This document shows, piece by piece, positions 13,377-26,037 of a DNA stretch of 64,000 nt. The notes beneath the pieces are model-generated. The model ran no database searches, had not been told where the DNA came from, and saw only the letters and a program-made list of their open reading frames with translations. Both the position numbers and the translations under genes were made by a program. How positions within the stretch are numbered: the first letter of the stretch is position 1; every line of letters begins with the position of its first letter. This DNA comes from Octopus sinensis (lineage: Eukaryota), in the NCBI RefSeq assembly GCF_006345805.1, contig NC_042999.1:30876001-30940000 (forward strand). The letters are read 5' to 3'.

Positions 13377-13590
13377 AAGCCGGAGAGCAGTCAGAATTGT
13401 TAGGAAGCCGAACATAATGCTTAGCGGCATTTCGTCTGTCGATACCTTCTCAGTTGAAATTTCTCCGAGGTCGACTTGCCTTTCATCCTTTCGAGGTCGA
13501 TAAAATAAATACCAATTGAGCACTAGGATCGAAGTAATCGACTTTTCCCCTCCCCCAAAATTACAGGCCTTGCGCCAATAGTATGGCTCG
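12692..13590 (+). mobile_element. Tandem array of four SINE family A copies (12692-12930, 12925-13110, 13106-13266, 13377-13590) with (ATT)n spacers
   Basis: The core gtcgactttgcctttcatc.ttc.gggtcga..aa.taagtac recurs four times in the same orientation. Confidence 0.85.
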
Positions 13591-13674
13591 ACGCCTAAAA
13601 TTTTGGGGTTGGTGGTTAGTTAATGACAATGATTTCAGAGCTTGACTGGTACTTATTTTATTGTCACTCCAAAG

Positions 13675-14022
13675 TAGTGATTCACAACCGGGGTCCATAT
13701 GGCCCCGAGGGTTCGTATAAGAATTTAGGGGTTCCACACAATGAAATAGTAAATTGGAAAAAGCATTTTAAGTGCCACTGGCAAAATTTTATTTTCGATG
13801 CATGTATTCGCAAGAATTGCAAGAAACAGCTACATTGCTTTCCCTGAAGTTTTACAGAGATCAACCTACACAAGTTCATGCGTGAAAAACAATGAAGGAA
13901 TCTTGAAAGAAGTTTCTATAAAACTAGTTTTTAAACATCGAATGGATTGGGCATCCACCAGAATAAAATAGTTATCAAAGGGGTCCATAGGTAAAAAAAA
14001 AAAAAAAGGCTGAGAACCCCTT
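13675..14022. mobile_element. hAT-like MITE (degenerate TIRs)
   Basis: Left tagtgattcacaacc versus right ggctgagaacccctt (caggggttctcaacc-type TIR); internal ggggtccat motif at both ends; 8-bp flanks ctccaaag / ttctagag agree at 5 of 8. Confidence 0.5.
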
Positions 14023-14643
14023 TTCTAGAGGACGAAAGGCAAAGTCAATAGCGGCAGAATTTGAAGTCAAATTGTAAAACCGGTAGAAATGCCGCTAAGC
14101 AATTCATTGTTATTAACTAACCACCGACCCCAAAATTTTAGGCCCTGTGCGTATAAAAGAAAGGTTTATTATTTTGTATGTGTGAAAATAAATATATTTC
14201 CCTTGTATTTTACATGTATCAATATATATTTTGATTACACATGTAGTTAAATTTTTATCCTTAACATGTTGATATGATACAAAATCATTTTAAATTTTCA
14301 AATCGGAACCAAAAGGTAGGGAAGATCCATTTTGAATCTTCTTTATCAGAAGATTCAAAATGGATCTTCTTTACATTTTGGCTCCGATTTTACTAAAAGA
14401 TTCTAAACTGATGAAGTTTCATGTATTAATTAGTAAAATCAAATTAATATTTTGCAGAAATTAGAAAGAAAAGATTCTAACCTTTGAAGATCGAAATGTT
14501 TGTTAAGGTTAGCCAATCACAAGACTCTTTTATTGCATACCGAAAGACGCAATTTCATGTATTGGATAAGAACAGGAATATATTACGAAACCTAACCTTG
14601 GCAACAGAAAAATATTACAACTTGATAGATGTATATATATATA

Positions 14644-14685
<42 letters not shown>

Positions 14686-14690
<5 letters not shown>

Positions 14691-15064
14691 ATATAAACGG
14701 CAGTTTGTCTGTGCGTGTTTCTGTGTGTCTGTTTTCTCGTACCCTCACTCTGACCACGGCTTTCAACCGATTCTGATGAAACTTGACACACACATAGCCC
14801 AATGTCATAATTCAAAACTAACGCAGCGAAAATTTTGAAAAGTTCCCCCAGTTCTGAAAAAAATCGATAAATTCGACATGGGGTCGAGAATCAAAAAAAA
14901 TAAACCACAGACTGTCTAGGGGACGCAACTCAAACTTTTTTTACTCTCAAAAAAAATTTACCATCATTTTTTTCCAATTTTTTGCTATTTTTGGCTATAA
15001 CTCTCTAAAAATGCTTTATAGTTATTTCCCTTACAACCTGAGCAACGCCGGGCGATACTGCTTA
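14686..15064 (+). mobile_element. Non-autonomous Helitron-like element (copy 1, 3' CTAG mutated)
   Basis: Starts A|TCTCTATATAAA followed by gtctgt/gtgt microsatellite; ends gagcaacgccgggcgatactgctta, the same 3' hairpin block as copy 2. Confidence 0.65.
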
Positions 15065-15233
15065 TACGCTACAAGTAAATACGGGCATATATCCAGAGAA
15101 AATACAAACTGATACGTAAAAAATACAAAAAGTCGCAGCCAATATAGAAAGTATGAACATGAAGAGGGTTCATCAAGCCTATATAGTGAGTAACAATAAA
15201 ACTATAAGCAGTATGAACATTCATTTGGCTTAA

Positions 15234-15617
15234 TCTTTATATTAAAAGAGAGGTTGTGTGATGTCTGTCTCCTACGATTTAGATTCCTTACTCCCCATTT
15301 TGCGGTGCAGTGTAACCAAAAGCGGGTATCTTATAGTCGTGATTCATATTGAGCCCTTCTGGGTATTAGCGCGCGTCTACGATGAGTCTACGATTTTAAA
15401 AATAATTTACCATCATTTTTTTCCATTTTGATGCATTTTTTCGCTATTATATAAGGGAAGTAACTCTCTAAAAATGTCTACGATGAGTCAACGATTTAAA
15501 AAAAAATTACCATCATTTTTTTCATTTTTATTTTAATGCATTTTTTGGCTATAACTCTCTAAAAATGCTATATAGTTATTTCCCTACAAATCCGAGCAAC
15601 GCCGGGCGATACTGCTA

Positions 15618-15618
<1 letters not shown>
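15234..15618 (+). mobile_element. Non-autonomous Helitron-like element (copy 2)
   Basis: Starts A|TCTTTATATTAAAAG; ends with CGCC-G-GGCG hairpin then CTAG|T; no TSD; contains an internal duplication of gtctacgatgagtc.acgattt...ttaccatcattttt. Confidence 0.75.
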
Positions 15619-15668
<50 letters not shown>

Positions 15669-16321
15669 TCATAAGTAAGAATTTAACGTCTGAAAATTGC
15701 CAACTAAAGCTTTTAAATAAAAGAAATATATTCATACACTTCAAATGCAAGCGATGTCTATTTATATATTCACAGTGACACCATTTTCACTGCCGACATA
15801 CCCTGTAGCGCTAGAGTTCGACTGAGAATTGAACTTGTGCCAAATTAAGTGAAAGTACCGACTGTTTGGTGTCTTAGCTATTCAAATAACCCAGCTTGAC
15901 AAATATCTTATTCTTGGGCAATTTACCTGCTAGCGAAATTGGCAGACGCGCCTCGGTAAGATATCACATGACATATATTTGAGGTAACGAAATAAACGAA
16001 GCCAATAGAGTTCTTAATGCCTAAGATTTCAATTAAATTTAAAGGAAAAAGACTTTGCTATTCGTTCGCGCCTGACATAAGAGAAGAACGACGTTGTTGA
16101 AAATTTCAAGAAATTTAGATTTCCTTGATTCCTTATCAGTCAACTTTACCATTTAAATCTCTCGCACATCATTCTTTACATTTTAACATGAACAATATGA
16201 GAATATTTCTCATCATAAATATACACATTCCTATGTCTTCTTTTATTAGGATAAGAATCACTATAGCAGCGCTACCACATACGCCTCCACAACTTAAATG
16301 TGAAGCTAGTCTAACAATGAG

Positions 16322-16541
16322 TATGAAGAGGTGCTGAAAAGTTCCTGGCTCTAATAGTCTGATGAAAGGCCTGGCTGGAGGCCCAAACTTTCGAGCTCTT
16401 TACACGGCTTAGAAAAACTGTAGGACCCTTGCGTTAAGTGTGTGAATCTGAGGAGGGAATATGTCAAACAAAATCATAATTAACTCATCTTCCTGTATTT
16501 TCTTTTACCAAGAGCCAGGGACATTTCGGCACCCCTTCGTA
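16322..16541. mobile_element. Mariner-type MITE with TA target duplication
   Basis: Left TAtgaagaggtgctgaaaagttcctggct versus reverse complement of right TAcgaaggggtgccgaaatgtccctggct. Confidence 0.85.
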
Positions 16542-17386
16542 TATGCCCTATAATATTGTATAATGGATTGAGACCATCAGCCTTCATCTCATGAATCGAA
16601 TTTCTATTCTTCGATATTCTGACTGAAGTATTTGCATATTTCTATACAGAAAAACGTGACTCTATCCAGGACTTGATTTAAACCATGGGGAACCCGGTGT
16701 ACTTCAAATTCGGTGGGACCTCTCATACACAAGGATTAAAATCTTGAAAAAGTAGCAAGTAAAATTTCTCAAAACTCATTTATCGCATGTAATAGTATAT
16801 GGTGAGTTAGCAGAGAAAGCGTAAATAAACAACTGAAAATGTCACATTTTAGATACACTTTTCAAAATTCAAAATTTCTTCTCACGCATTCACTTGCAGT
16901 GTTTGACTTTTCCTTCATTATTAAAAGTACAATGAAGATGGGAAGAGGGAATAAGATTGTTATTTTTTTTTACGCGAGTTACAACTGCTTCAGGATGTAG
17001 AATCCGATAAAATCAAAGAAAATTACGAAAAAAAATATATAATTTTCGTGGTTGTTTTATTGTTCCAAACGTACGATGAGAGAAAAACATTTAAAAGACA
17101 TAGATTTTTAAAACATTTCTCTTTAAAAAGATTCCCTTCATTGTTTTGCAATTCTTGAAAAAGGGGGAACTCTTGACGAGGGTTGAGAAATTCCTACATA
17201 TATGGAACAACTATTCGGAAAGAATTCCATTTCTCCGTCAGATGACAACACACGAGTTCTGGTCTTCTCGGAGGTCTTTGCAATGGCAAGAACTAGTTCA
17301 GGAATGCCATATACTCAAAGGATCGTTGATAGCGCACTTGTGCACTAACGATTGATACAGGCACACACATATTTACTAAAGCAACT

Positions 17387-17631
17387 ACCATACACGGAAC
17401 GCTCCCTGGGTTGGATTTGGAACCTGTAGTCGACTGTGGAATGTCCAAGAAGTGTTCGAAAAATATTAACAGATTGGAGACGGATTTATCCTTCCAGTTA
17501 TGCATACGATCACGAGCGTTGTCAAAAATACATAACGTGTATGCGAAACCACACATGAGAACACTCATGGCACGTATTCCACAGTCAACTATAGGTTCCA
17601 AATCCAACCCAGAGAACGTTCCGCGTGTGGT
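17387..17631. mobile_element. MITE-like element with ~55-bp inverted arms
   Basis: acacggaacgctccctgggttggatttggaacctgtagtcgactgtggaat (17392-17442) is inverted at 17576-17631 with a few transitions. Confidence 0.7.
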
Positions 17632-18281
17632 GAAGTATAAACAATAATATGGTTCGAAGTTCTTAATTCACGTCAAGAAAAACATTTTTTTACATGATGT
17701 AATAGTTTTGTTCATCAATAAAAAAACAACTGTGAAATAGCTGTAGTGAACCTTAACCCATCATTGATGCATTATGTTATATTATAATATATTATCTTAT
17801 ATTATATCATATGTGTGTGAGTGTGTCTGTACGTGTGAGTTACTGTGTTTTAGTGAGCCTTTGTAGACGATATGTCTTTTGAATAGTAAAAAGCTAAAAA
17901 GAATTTCAACAGCAAAATCTGCCGCCATCATTTTAAAAAGACCGAACTTGAATTATTGCAGACTTTGCTTTTTCCAATAGCAACAGATGGATCTGAATGC
18001 TGCTGTCTTTAAAGACTGATAAAAATAAACTTTTCAAACTTGGTATAATAGCAGAATCAGAGAATTAGCTGGACAGAATTTCAAATCAGTAAACGTTGGA
18101 CCAAACTGAAAGTGAGTAGAGGCTTGTAAAAGAACTGTGTAAACAAAAACATTGATACTTTTTAGCAAAACATAAGGACAAATAATGTACAAAAATTAAT
18201 GGTTGCTGGAAAAGGTCAGTGAAAATGTCCAAGAAGTGTTCGAAAATACTAACAGATTGGAGATCTGGCAATTAATAAGAG

Positions 18282-18383
<102 letters not shown>

Positions 18384-18384
18384 C

Positions 18385-19150
18385 GTTATCGTACGTTAAA
18401 TTCAACTTACATTGACAGTCAACAAACTAAGTTTGCTTTAGGAGCGTTGAGATGTATTGAAAGATACAAATAAGGAAATAATTTTATTTTCAAACGCAGA
18501 ATAACACAAGTAATATAGCATGAACAGGATAAACTATCCATGTTTTGCAAAAAGACTGTCGGCGGCTAGCCATTAGACTAAAACTTACTTTTCTGTGATT
18601 AAGCGTCAAGTGCTTTACCACTAAGCTAAAATGCCCCAACGACAAATTCTTCTGCAAATTTAGGATATACAAATCAAGCTATAAAAGACTCTATCATACG
18701 TTAAATTCAACTTACACTGAAAGTCAACAAACAATTTAGCAGAAAATCTGTCGGCGGCCAGCCTGAGGCTCCAACTCACATCCTCACGCTATCGTACGTT
18801 AAATATGAATAGTTTATCCTGTTCGTGCTATATTATTAGAATCCTCCTGCGTTTGAGAATAAAAATTATTTCCTTATTTATATCTTTCAATAGATCTCAA
18901 CGCTTCTAAATCAAAATTTGTTGACTTTCAACGTAAGTTGAATTTTAAGTATGATAGCGTCTTATAAAGTTAGATTTCTATATCCTAAATTCGCAGAACT
19001 ATTTGTCGTTTGAGCAGTTTAGCTTAATGGTAACCGGGATGTGACTTCCAGTCTCATGGCTGGCCGCCGACAGATTTTTCTGCAAAGTATGGATAGTTTA
19101 TCTTGTTTATGCTATATTATTGGCATTACCCTGCGTTTGAGAATAAAATA
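18385..19150. repeat. Inverted pair of ~310-bp repeat units, each carrying a tRNA/SINE-like Pol III A-box head
   Basis: 18385-18740 is the reverse complement of 18805-19150 (e.g. aaattcaacttac..tga.agtcaacaaa vs tttgttgactttcaacgtaagttgaattt); A-box TAGCTTARTGG at 18618-18628 (-) and 19020-19030 (+). Confidence 0.7.
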
Positions 19151-19161
19151 TATCAAACAAT

Positions 19162-19355
19162 TATAAAGAATACGGAGACAGGTGGGTCATCGGAAAATCT
19201 TTTCTTTAATTTTACGGTCAGTCATACAACATTTGGTTACAATGACTGATACGTGTTTCTGCTACAAAGAGTATGTAGGGTAGCACACGCAACGCAGCAT
19301 AATTTTCTGTGCACCTTCGTCCTTTTATAATGTACCTATCTCCGTATTCTTTATA
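19162..19355. mobile_element. Small MITE with 22-bp TIRs bounded by TA
   Basis: TATAAAGAATACGGAGACAGGT versus ACCTATCTCCGTATTCTTTATA (1 mismatch). Confidence 0.7.
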
Positions 19356-19574
19356 TTCTCTGAAATCTACATTTCTGATAATATAATCCAGGGAAGCGAA
19401 TCCGGAGCTACCAATTGGAAAAACTGTAGCGAGATTTCAAACACCTAGCGATCAGTGATGTTTGGTGCTGCTTGGTGCGGTTAACCTAACCTGGAATATA
19501 CCTGTGAGATACCACGGTACCTGTCTGGATGATTTTTTCCCTTTACACTCATATTTTATATATACATGTTTTTA

Positions 19575-19803
19575 TCTTTTACTTATTTCAGTCATTTGAC
19601 AGCGGCCATTCCTTAAAGGGTTTTAGTCGAAAAAACCGACCCCAAGATATATTTCATATTTTTAAAAGCTTAGTACTTATTCTATTGGTCTCTTTTGCCG
19701 ACCCGCTAAGTTACGGAACTTAAACACAACAACCTCGGTTGTCAAGTGGTGGTGGGGTACAAACACACACATAAATACATACATATATATATGTGTGTGT
19801 ACG

Positions 19804-19846
<43 letters not shown>

Positions 19847-19995
19847 GACAGGCTTCTTTTAGTTTCCGTCTACTAAATTCATTCACAAGGCTTTGGTCAG
19901 CCGATGCTATAATAGAAGACCTTTGCCCAAGGTTCCACACAGTTGGACCGAACCCGAAAACATGTAGTTGGGAAGCAAGCTTCATACCACACAGC
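19575..19995 (-). mobile_element. tRNA-derived SINE family B with internal (TA)n
   Basis: Reverse complement of the family beginning ggcgcaggagtggctgtgtggtaag...ggttcagtcccactgcgtggc and ending atgactgaaacaagtaaaag. Confidence 0.85.
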
Positions 19996-20373
19996 CACGG
20001 TTGAAGAATTGTCGGAGGAACTAACCATTGTCTAAAAGTTGGAGGTATGTTGTAGCTGTTAATGAGTAAAAATAGGAAAAGATCGTAGAACAATATAGTT
20101 AGAATTTAAGACAGTAAATACTGTTAAATATGTTGACGGAAATGTGATTTCGAAAATAGTAGGAAGGAAATAAAATTATGAGGTGAGGTTAGCGATTAAA
20201 TAGATATCAGTATTAGACTTGTACTTTATTTTCTCAATTTATCAGCAAAACTTGAACTCAGATGGCGCATGTCAAAACGAAGTACCACAAAGCATTATTT
20301 CCGGACTGTAACGATTCTGCTGATGCAACCTTTATAAGGATGAAACTATATCAATATTCAGGTAAATGTCTAT

Positions 20374-20516
20374 GACGGCGAGCTGGCAGAATCGTTAGCA
20401 CGCTGTGCGAAATGCTTAGCAGTATTTCGCCTGTCTTTACATTCTGAGTTTAAATTCCACCGAGGTGGACTTTGTCTTTTCATCCTTTGGGGTCGATAAA
20501 TTAAGTACTAATTCCT
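20374..20516 (+). mobile_element. SINE family A, 3'-truncated, abutting a mariner relic
   Basis: gacggcgagctggcagaatcgttagcacgc...gtggactttgtctttcatcctttggggtcgataaattaagtact. Confidence 0.85.
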
Positions 20517-20519
20517 TAC

Positions 20520-20812
20520 TGGGAAGTGTTAAGTCCGCCGAAGCTGCTCTTGATATTTGTGCTGTGTATGGAGAAGGAGCAATATCTCAAAGTACCGACC
20601 GCCGTTGGTTTTCGCGCTTCAAAAATGGGTATTTTTACATGAAGGACGAATTACACACAGATCCACCAACTGAGTTCAATGACGAGCGATTGAATCAACT
20701 TCTTCACGAAAATCCACGTCAAAAGACAAGGGAATTGCCGTTCAAGTTGGATGGTAGTAAAAAAAATGTGGTGAACCACTTTCACTCAATGGGCAAGGTT
20801 CATCGGAATTAA
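20520..20812 (+). mobile_element. Mariner transposase N-terminal HTH fragment
   Basis: SAEAALDICAVYGEGAISQSTDRRWFSRFKNG...PTEFNDERLNQLLHENPRQKTREL...VVNHFHSMGKV matches the mariner HTH pattern. Confidence 0.85.
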
Positions 20813-21839
20813 TTCCCATTACTTGGAGGTGGTATTTTTGATCTAACCTGATAGGTAAGGTTAAGATTTGTGTTAGAAATCGATATTGTTGTCGTCGTTT
20901 TTGTTTAGACCTACCTATAATAAGCAAGCAAACTTATGATGAAAATTATTCTGGCCATAACTTTCTTAATTTTTTTTTATTATATGCTAGTAACCCAAGA
21001 TCACATCACTCAACGTGTCTTTTGTAAGATTTGAGAGAGATTTGCCAGATATTACTATTCGATAAGACGACTATATAGAAGTTTCTAACTGGAGTGCTAA
21101 ATTAACAGAATTGAGGAAACGTCGGATAAAATTCAAATAATACTGTGGTCGAGTTCGTTCCAATCGTAGCGGATTTGATAAAGTCAACTGCTAGTTTAAA
21201 GCTGGAGTCGATATAATCGACTATACCCTCTCCTTTAATTATTTTGTTTAGTACCAAAGATACAAATTCATATTCTTGAATAAAACGTGTTCTGATGAAT
21301 AGGCAGAATGGTGGAACGATGGCAGATATATTGATAACTAACTAAATTTTAAAGTAATTTTAGTTCAAAGTCCGCTGTAGCAAATATTGTTTTTATCCTT
21401 CCATAGCAGATAAAAATATGATACCAATGAAACATTGGAGTAGAGACATTCAGCTTCATCCATCTCCTTAAATATATACACTCTTTCCTAATTTAGAAGC
21501 CAATATACTTTAACATTGTTTTTCGATGATTTTACGAGTTATAATTTTTATCAGATCATCTTTAGTGAAGGCGTTTTTCTAGATCAGATCTATTTTGGAT
21601 CATTCATATTTAGATTCTGCTGTGTAGCCAACTTCAATGTGGAATGCATCCAACAGGTCGAACTGTTGAAACACACACACACACACACACAAAGTGTGTA
21701 TATATATACATAAAGTTTGAAATGTCGAAAACTCGTTCATATTTCACTTCTCTTCTCTTTGGTAAAGATTATCATCCATAATGTTAGTTCTACTTCCTTT
21801 CATTTGGCGGATTTATTTTCAATAGTTTTTTTTTCATTT

Positions 21840-22150
21840 TTAACTTTTTTACTTGTTACTCTTTAGAGCCTGGCTATTCTGAGGAACTGCCTTGAAGGAT
21901 TTTAGTCCTCTTTTGCTGAAAAGCTACGTTACAGGGACATAAACACTCTAACACCGGTTGTCAAGCGGTAATGGAGGAGAGATCTAGACACCTTTATATA
22001 TATTGATGTCACGGCATTCTTCCAGTTTCCACCTAACAAATCCACTCACAAGGCTTGGTCCGCCGGAGACTATACTGAAAGGCACGTGGCCAAGATGCAA
22101 AGCAGTAGGAGTGAACCCGGAACTATATGGTTGGAAAGCAAATGTCGTAC
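21840..22150 (-). mobile_element. SINE family B (diverged)
   Basis: acaaatccactcacaaggc..ggtc...gaacccggaac motifs shared with other family B copies. Confidence 0.7.
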
Positions 22151-22974
22151 ATTATTTACTAACTTTCATATTTCTAGACATTTTTTGCTGTTCTATGTAT
22201 TTTACTTGCGTGTATATGCATACATATATATGGACACAAACATACGTTTCAATACAGACATAAGTCATGCATACAGAGTGTTAATACCCATATGTATATT
22301 ACACGCACACACACGACCCACGCACGTAAAGAAACGCTTACCCACTTTGTTAAATTCTGTTTTGCCCTTAGCTCTTACATACTCTGCCACTCACATTCTT
22401 CATTCATCTCTTGCTTTCTCTCTCTACTTTTTTTTCTGTTTGAAATACTTTTCTCGTGGTTTCTGACTACCACAGTCAAACGATTACTTGGTTCCAAAAA
22501 TGATATTTGCAAAAAATATATTTTAGTAATGGGATGGATTGAATGCTAACTTTCAACAGTGTTGTGGAAGATCGAATCAGATATTAAGGTAGATTTGGGG
22601 TGGAATGTGTAATAATGTTGCGGTTGAGTTAGGCTTTCTTAAGTGATATTTGGAGGTAGATTAGGAGTGATATTAAGGGATATTTTGGAGAAAATTACTT
22701 GATTAAAAATATAAGAATTCTGAGAAAAGTACATTTTATGTGTGAATACAGCATTCCTTTATTTAACAATACCACCTTATATTTGTGTGTGCGTGTGATT
22801 GTATTTATGCTATGTGCAAACACGCACGCACACACTATATAAATGGAAATTGTGCATATATATAAATATATATATACTATAGATCTATTGCCTATACTCT
22901 TACCTTACGTTCTCTCTCTCTCCCTCTCTCTCTCTCTGTGTTTATGTCCGTGTCTATATGAGAGCATACATATT

Positions 22975-23005
<31 letters not shown>

Positions 23006-23189
23006 ATGAATGTATATATGTTTGTGAATCTTTATCGATCACGACCCTGTTAAATATATTTTACTTTTAATTTAATTTATTTTGTGATAGTTATTGTACG
23101 TATATTTTACACATTATACTTTCAGCATTAAACAGCAACACACACACATACAGACTCGCGTGTATGTATACACACACACGCACATATAT

Positions 23190-23512
23190 ATAACTATGTG
23201 TGTATGTGTATATACATGCATATATATATATATATATAAATATATACATACAAATATATATTTATACATACAATATATATATGTATATATATATATAATA
23301 TATTATATCATACAAATATATATATGTATATATATATACATACAAATATATATATGTATATATATACATCCAAATATATATATGTATATATATACATACA
23401 AATATATATATGTATATTATACATACAAATATATATATGTATATATATATACATACAAATACATATTTGTATATATATATATATATAATATATATATATA
23501 TAATATATACAA

Positions 23513-23582
<70 letters not shown>

Positions 23583-23620
23583 ATATATATATATATATAT
23601 AATATATATATACTCACAAC
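23190..23620. repeat. (TA)n block with a ~28-30-bp higher-order unit (catacaaatatatatatgtatatatata)
   Basis: Directly visible recurring catacaaat spacers. Confidence 0.9.
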
Positions 23621-23844
23621 TATACATATATACATACTAACACTTGTGCATTTAGATCTTAAAAAATAACATTAAGCGATAAATACTCTCAGAATTCAAA
23701 GAAATAGAGGCTTTTAAGTTTTCATGTATGTAAGATAGCGATTGATGTTGCATTCATCTTGGGAATTGAACTATCTGCTCATGTCTTTAAATGTGTGATT
23801 ATGAGTGTCGTGTTCGAGCTTATATGTATATCTATATAACAGTG

Positions 23845-23879
<35 letters not shown>

Positions 23880-24458
23880 TAACTTCTTTGTATAATCTTA
23901 CATATGTCTCAGTGTTCTTATGCGAATGTATGAAATTCTGTGTACGAATTTATGTTTGTTTTTTTTACGCAAATATCTGTGAGCTTATGTGTGTTTGGGC
24001 ATATATGTGTATGTACATTATTTTGTATCTGTGTGACCTGTGTATTGTCCAGACATCAAGTGCTACACACTATAACGTTTGTAACTAGCATTTACGATCA
24101 AGCTAAATGTCATCACATAACATGAAGACCTGATAGTTTGGCTGGGCAACATAATTTCTCTTTCTTTAGCTCAGCTATGAACGTAAGTAGTATATTGATA
24201 TTTTACAGATACTTTGGAGACATAATTTATATTTATACTTGCACAAATACACGTAAATACACACTTTGATGTAAAGACTAGCATACATATGTATTTATTA
24301 AAGTGCAGCATAAATTGTGCTAAGTAGAACGTTCTCCAGACGGACGTCATCGAATGATATCCATGTGAACAATTCTCTATTTAGCATGAAACGTTATTCC
24401 TCAAGAAATTGAAAAGTTTATCTGTTCCATTAAAACACACACACACACACACACGCAA

Positions 24459-24508
<50 letters not shown>

Positions 24509-24962
24509 TATATATATACACGCAAGCACTCATCGAGAAAAGCACTGCTTACTCTCATTTTTATTCGTGAAACAAATTAAGATACATATACACATGCATT
24601 TTCCGTGTGCACGCACACATATACAGACATATATATATGTGTGTGTATGTGCGTGTAAACATAATTATACATGCATAAACATGTGTAAATATATATATAT
24701 ATATAGTCTCACAAATAACAGTAGTACTAAGGTTAACATTTCGCGTTACTCCGATTTCCTCGAAGGCAGTTTTTCAAAAGAACAGTTTTATTTGACCGCT
24801 AATAACGGTATAAACAGTTGATGAAAGCAAAACTTACGAAAAATTAATATTCGAAATATTCAGATAAATAAATATTTATATGACTGTTGAATAACATATG
24901 AAGCGTAAGCAAAACTTGAAAATACTCTCTCTGATTCTCATTGAGTAGATGGAAATGAGAAG

Positions 24963-24995
<33 letters not shown>

Positions 24996-25018
24996 ATTAT
25001 ATATATATATATATATAA

Positions 25019-25052
<34 letters not shown>

Positions 25053-25759
25053 CATATATATTTGTTAGAGAATGTGTGTGTGTTAGATTCTATATCAATG
25101 GAAACGCGATATAGAAAGGAAAGGTGGTAGAAAGGCAGACGGTAAGTGATTGGGGAAAGAAAGAGAGCAACTAACAGAGAAAGAAAGAAAGAAAGAAACA
25201 GAATGAAAGAAAGGAAAAAGAAACAGACAGAAACAGTGAGAGGAAAGATGATGGTGATAAGATGTGATAATTCATATCCATTATAGTCAGTGAAATACAA
25301 CGTCAAAATCGAGATGTATATACATGCATACTAAGGATACAACGTTTTGATTTTTTTTACTCAAAAACAATTTCCTGTATTATATTTAGATGAGCTTTTA
25401 TGCGTAAGTAACTAAAATGAACTCACTTTTGAGCTATCTTTAAGGAAGTTCATGCATAAAACCATGTTTGTATTCCTAGGTAAAACTTGTTTGAATATGG
25501 GCAAGTTTGTTTAATACTCTGGGCTTTCAATAATGTCTTAGAATTTATAAAACCTCAGAGGTGATTAGATTGTGTTGTTAAGTCATCATTCTTAGTCATG
25601 AAGCAATCAATTAAATACTTTCAGTTTAACCCTTGTTGTTTCGGTTTCAATGTGTGTCCTGCACGACTGCTAGCGGTGTGTTATATAAGAAAAGCTTCGA
25701 AATTCTTCAGAAGAACAAGGAGAAATTTGGTGCATATCCAGTCCGCATTCATATAGTGG

Positions 25760-26037
25760 TCATGTGCCGTATCGATAAGATACCGGGGTGTAAACACACC
25801 AACACCAGTTGTCTAATAATAATGGGAGGACAAATACAGACATACATATACATTGATATATATGCATACATATACGACGGGCTTCTTTCAGCTTCAGTCT
25901 ACGGAATCTACTCACAAAGCTTTGGTCGGCCCGAGGCTACAGTAGAAGACACTGGTCCAAGACATCACACAGTGGGACTGAGACCGGAGCCCTGCGGTTG
26001 GAAAGCAAATTCTTACCACACAGCTACTCCTGCGCTT
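25760..26037 (-). mobile_element. SINE family B
   Basis: acgacgggcttctttcag...ctcacaaagctttggtcggcccgaggctacagtagaagacac...accacacagctactcctgcgc; explains most of ORF 25633..26148. Confidence 0.85.

Noticed and set aside
13041-13523. 160-aa ORF with poly-Asn
   Set aside because: It is antisense SINE sequence plus an (ATT)n microsatellite.
16358-16395. CTGATGA followed by ggcc...ggcc stem, as a hammerhead candidate
   Set aside because: The GAAA core is absent (caaac), there is no stem I/III, and it lies inside a mariner MITE.
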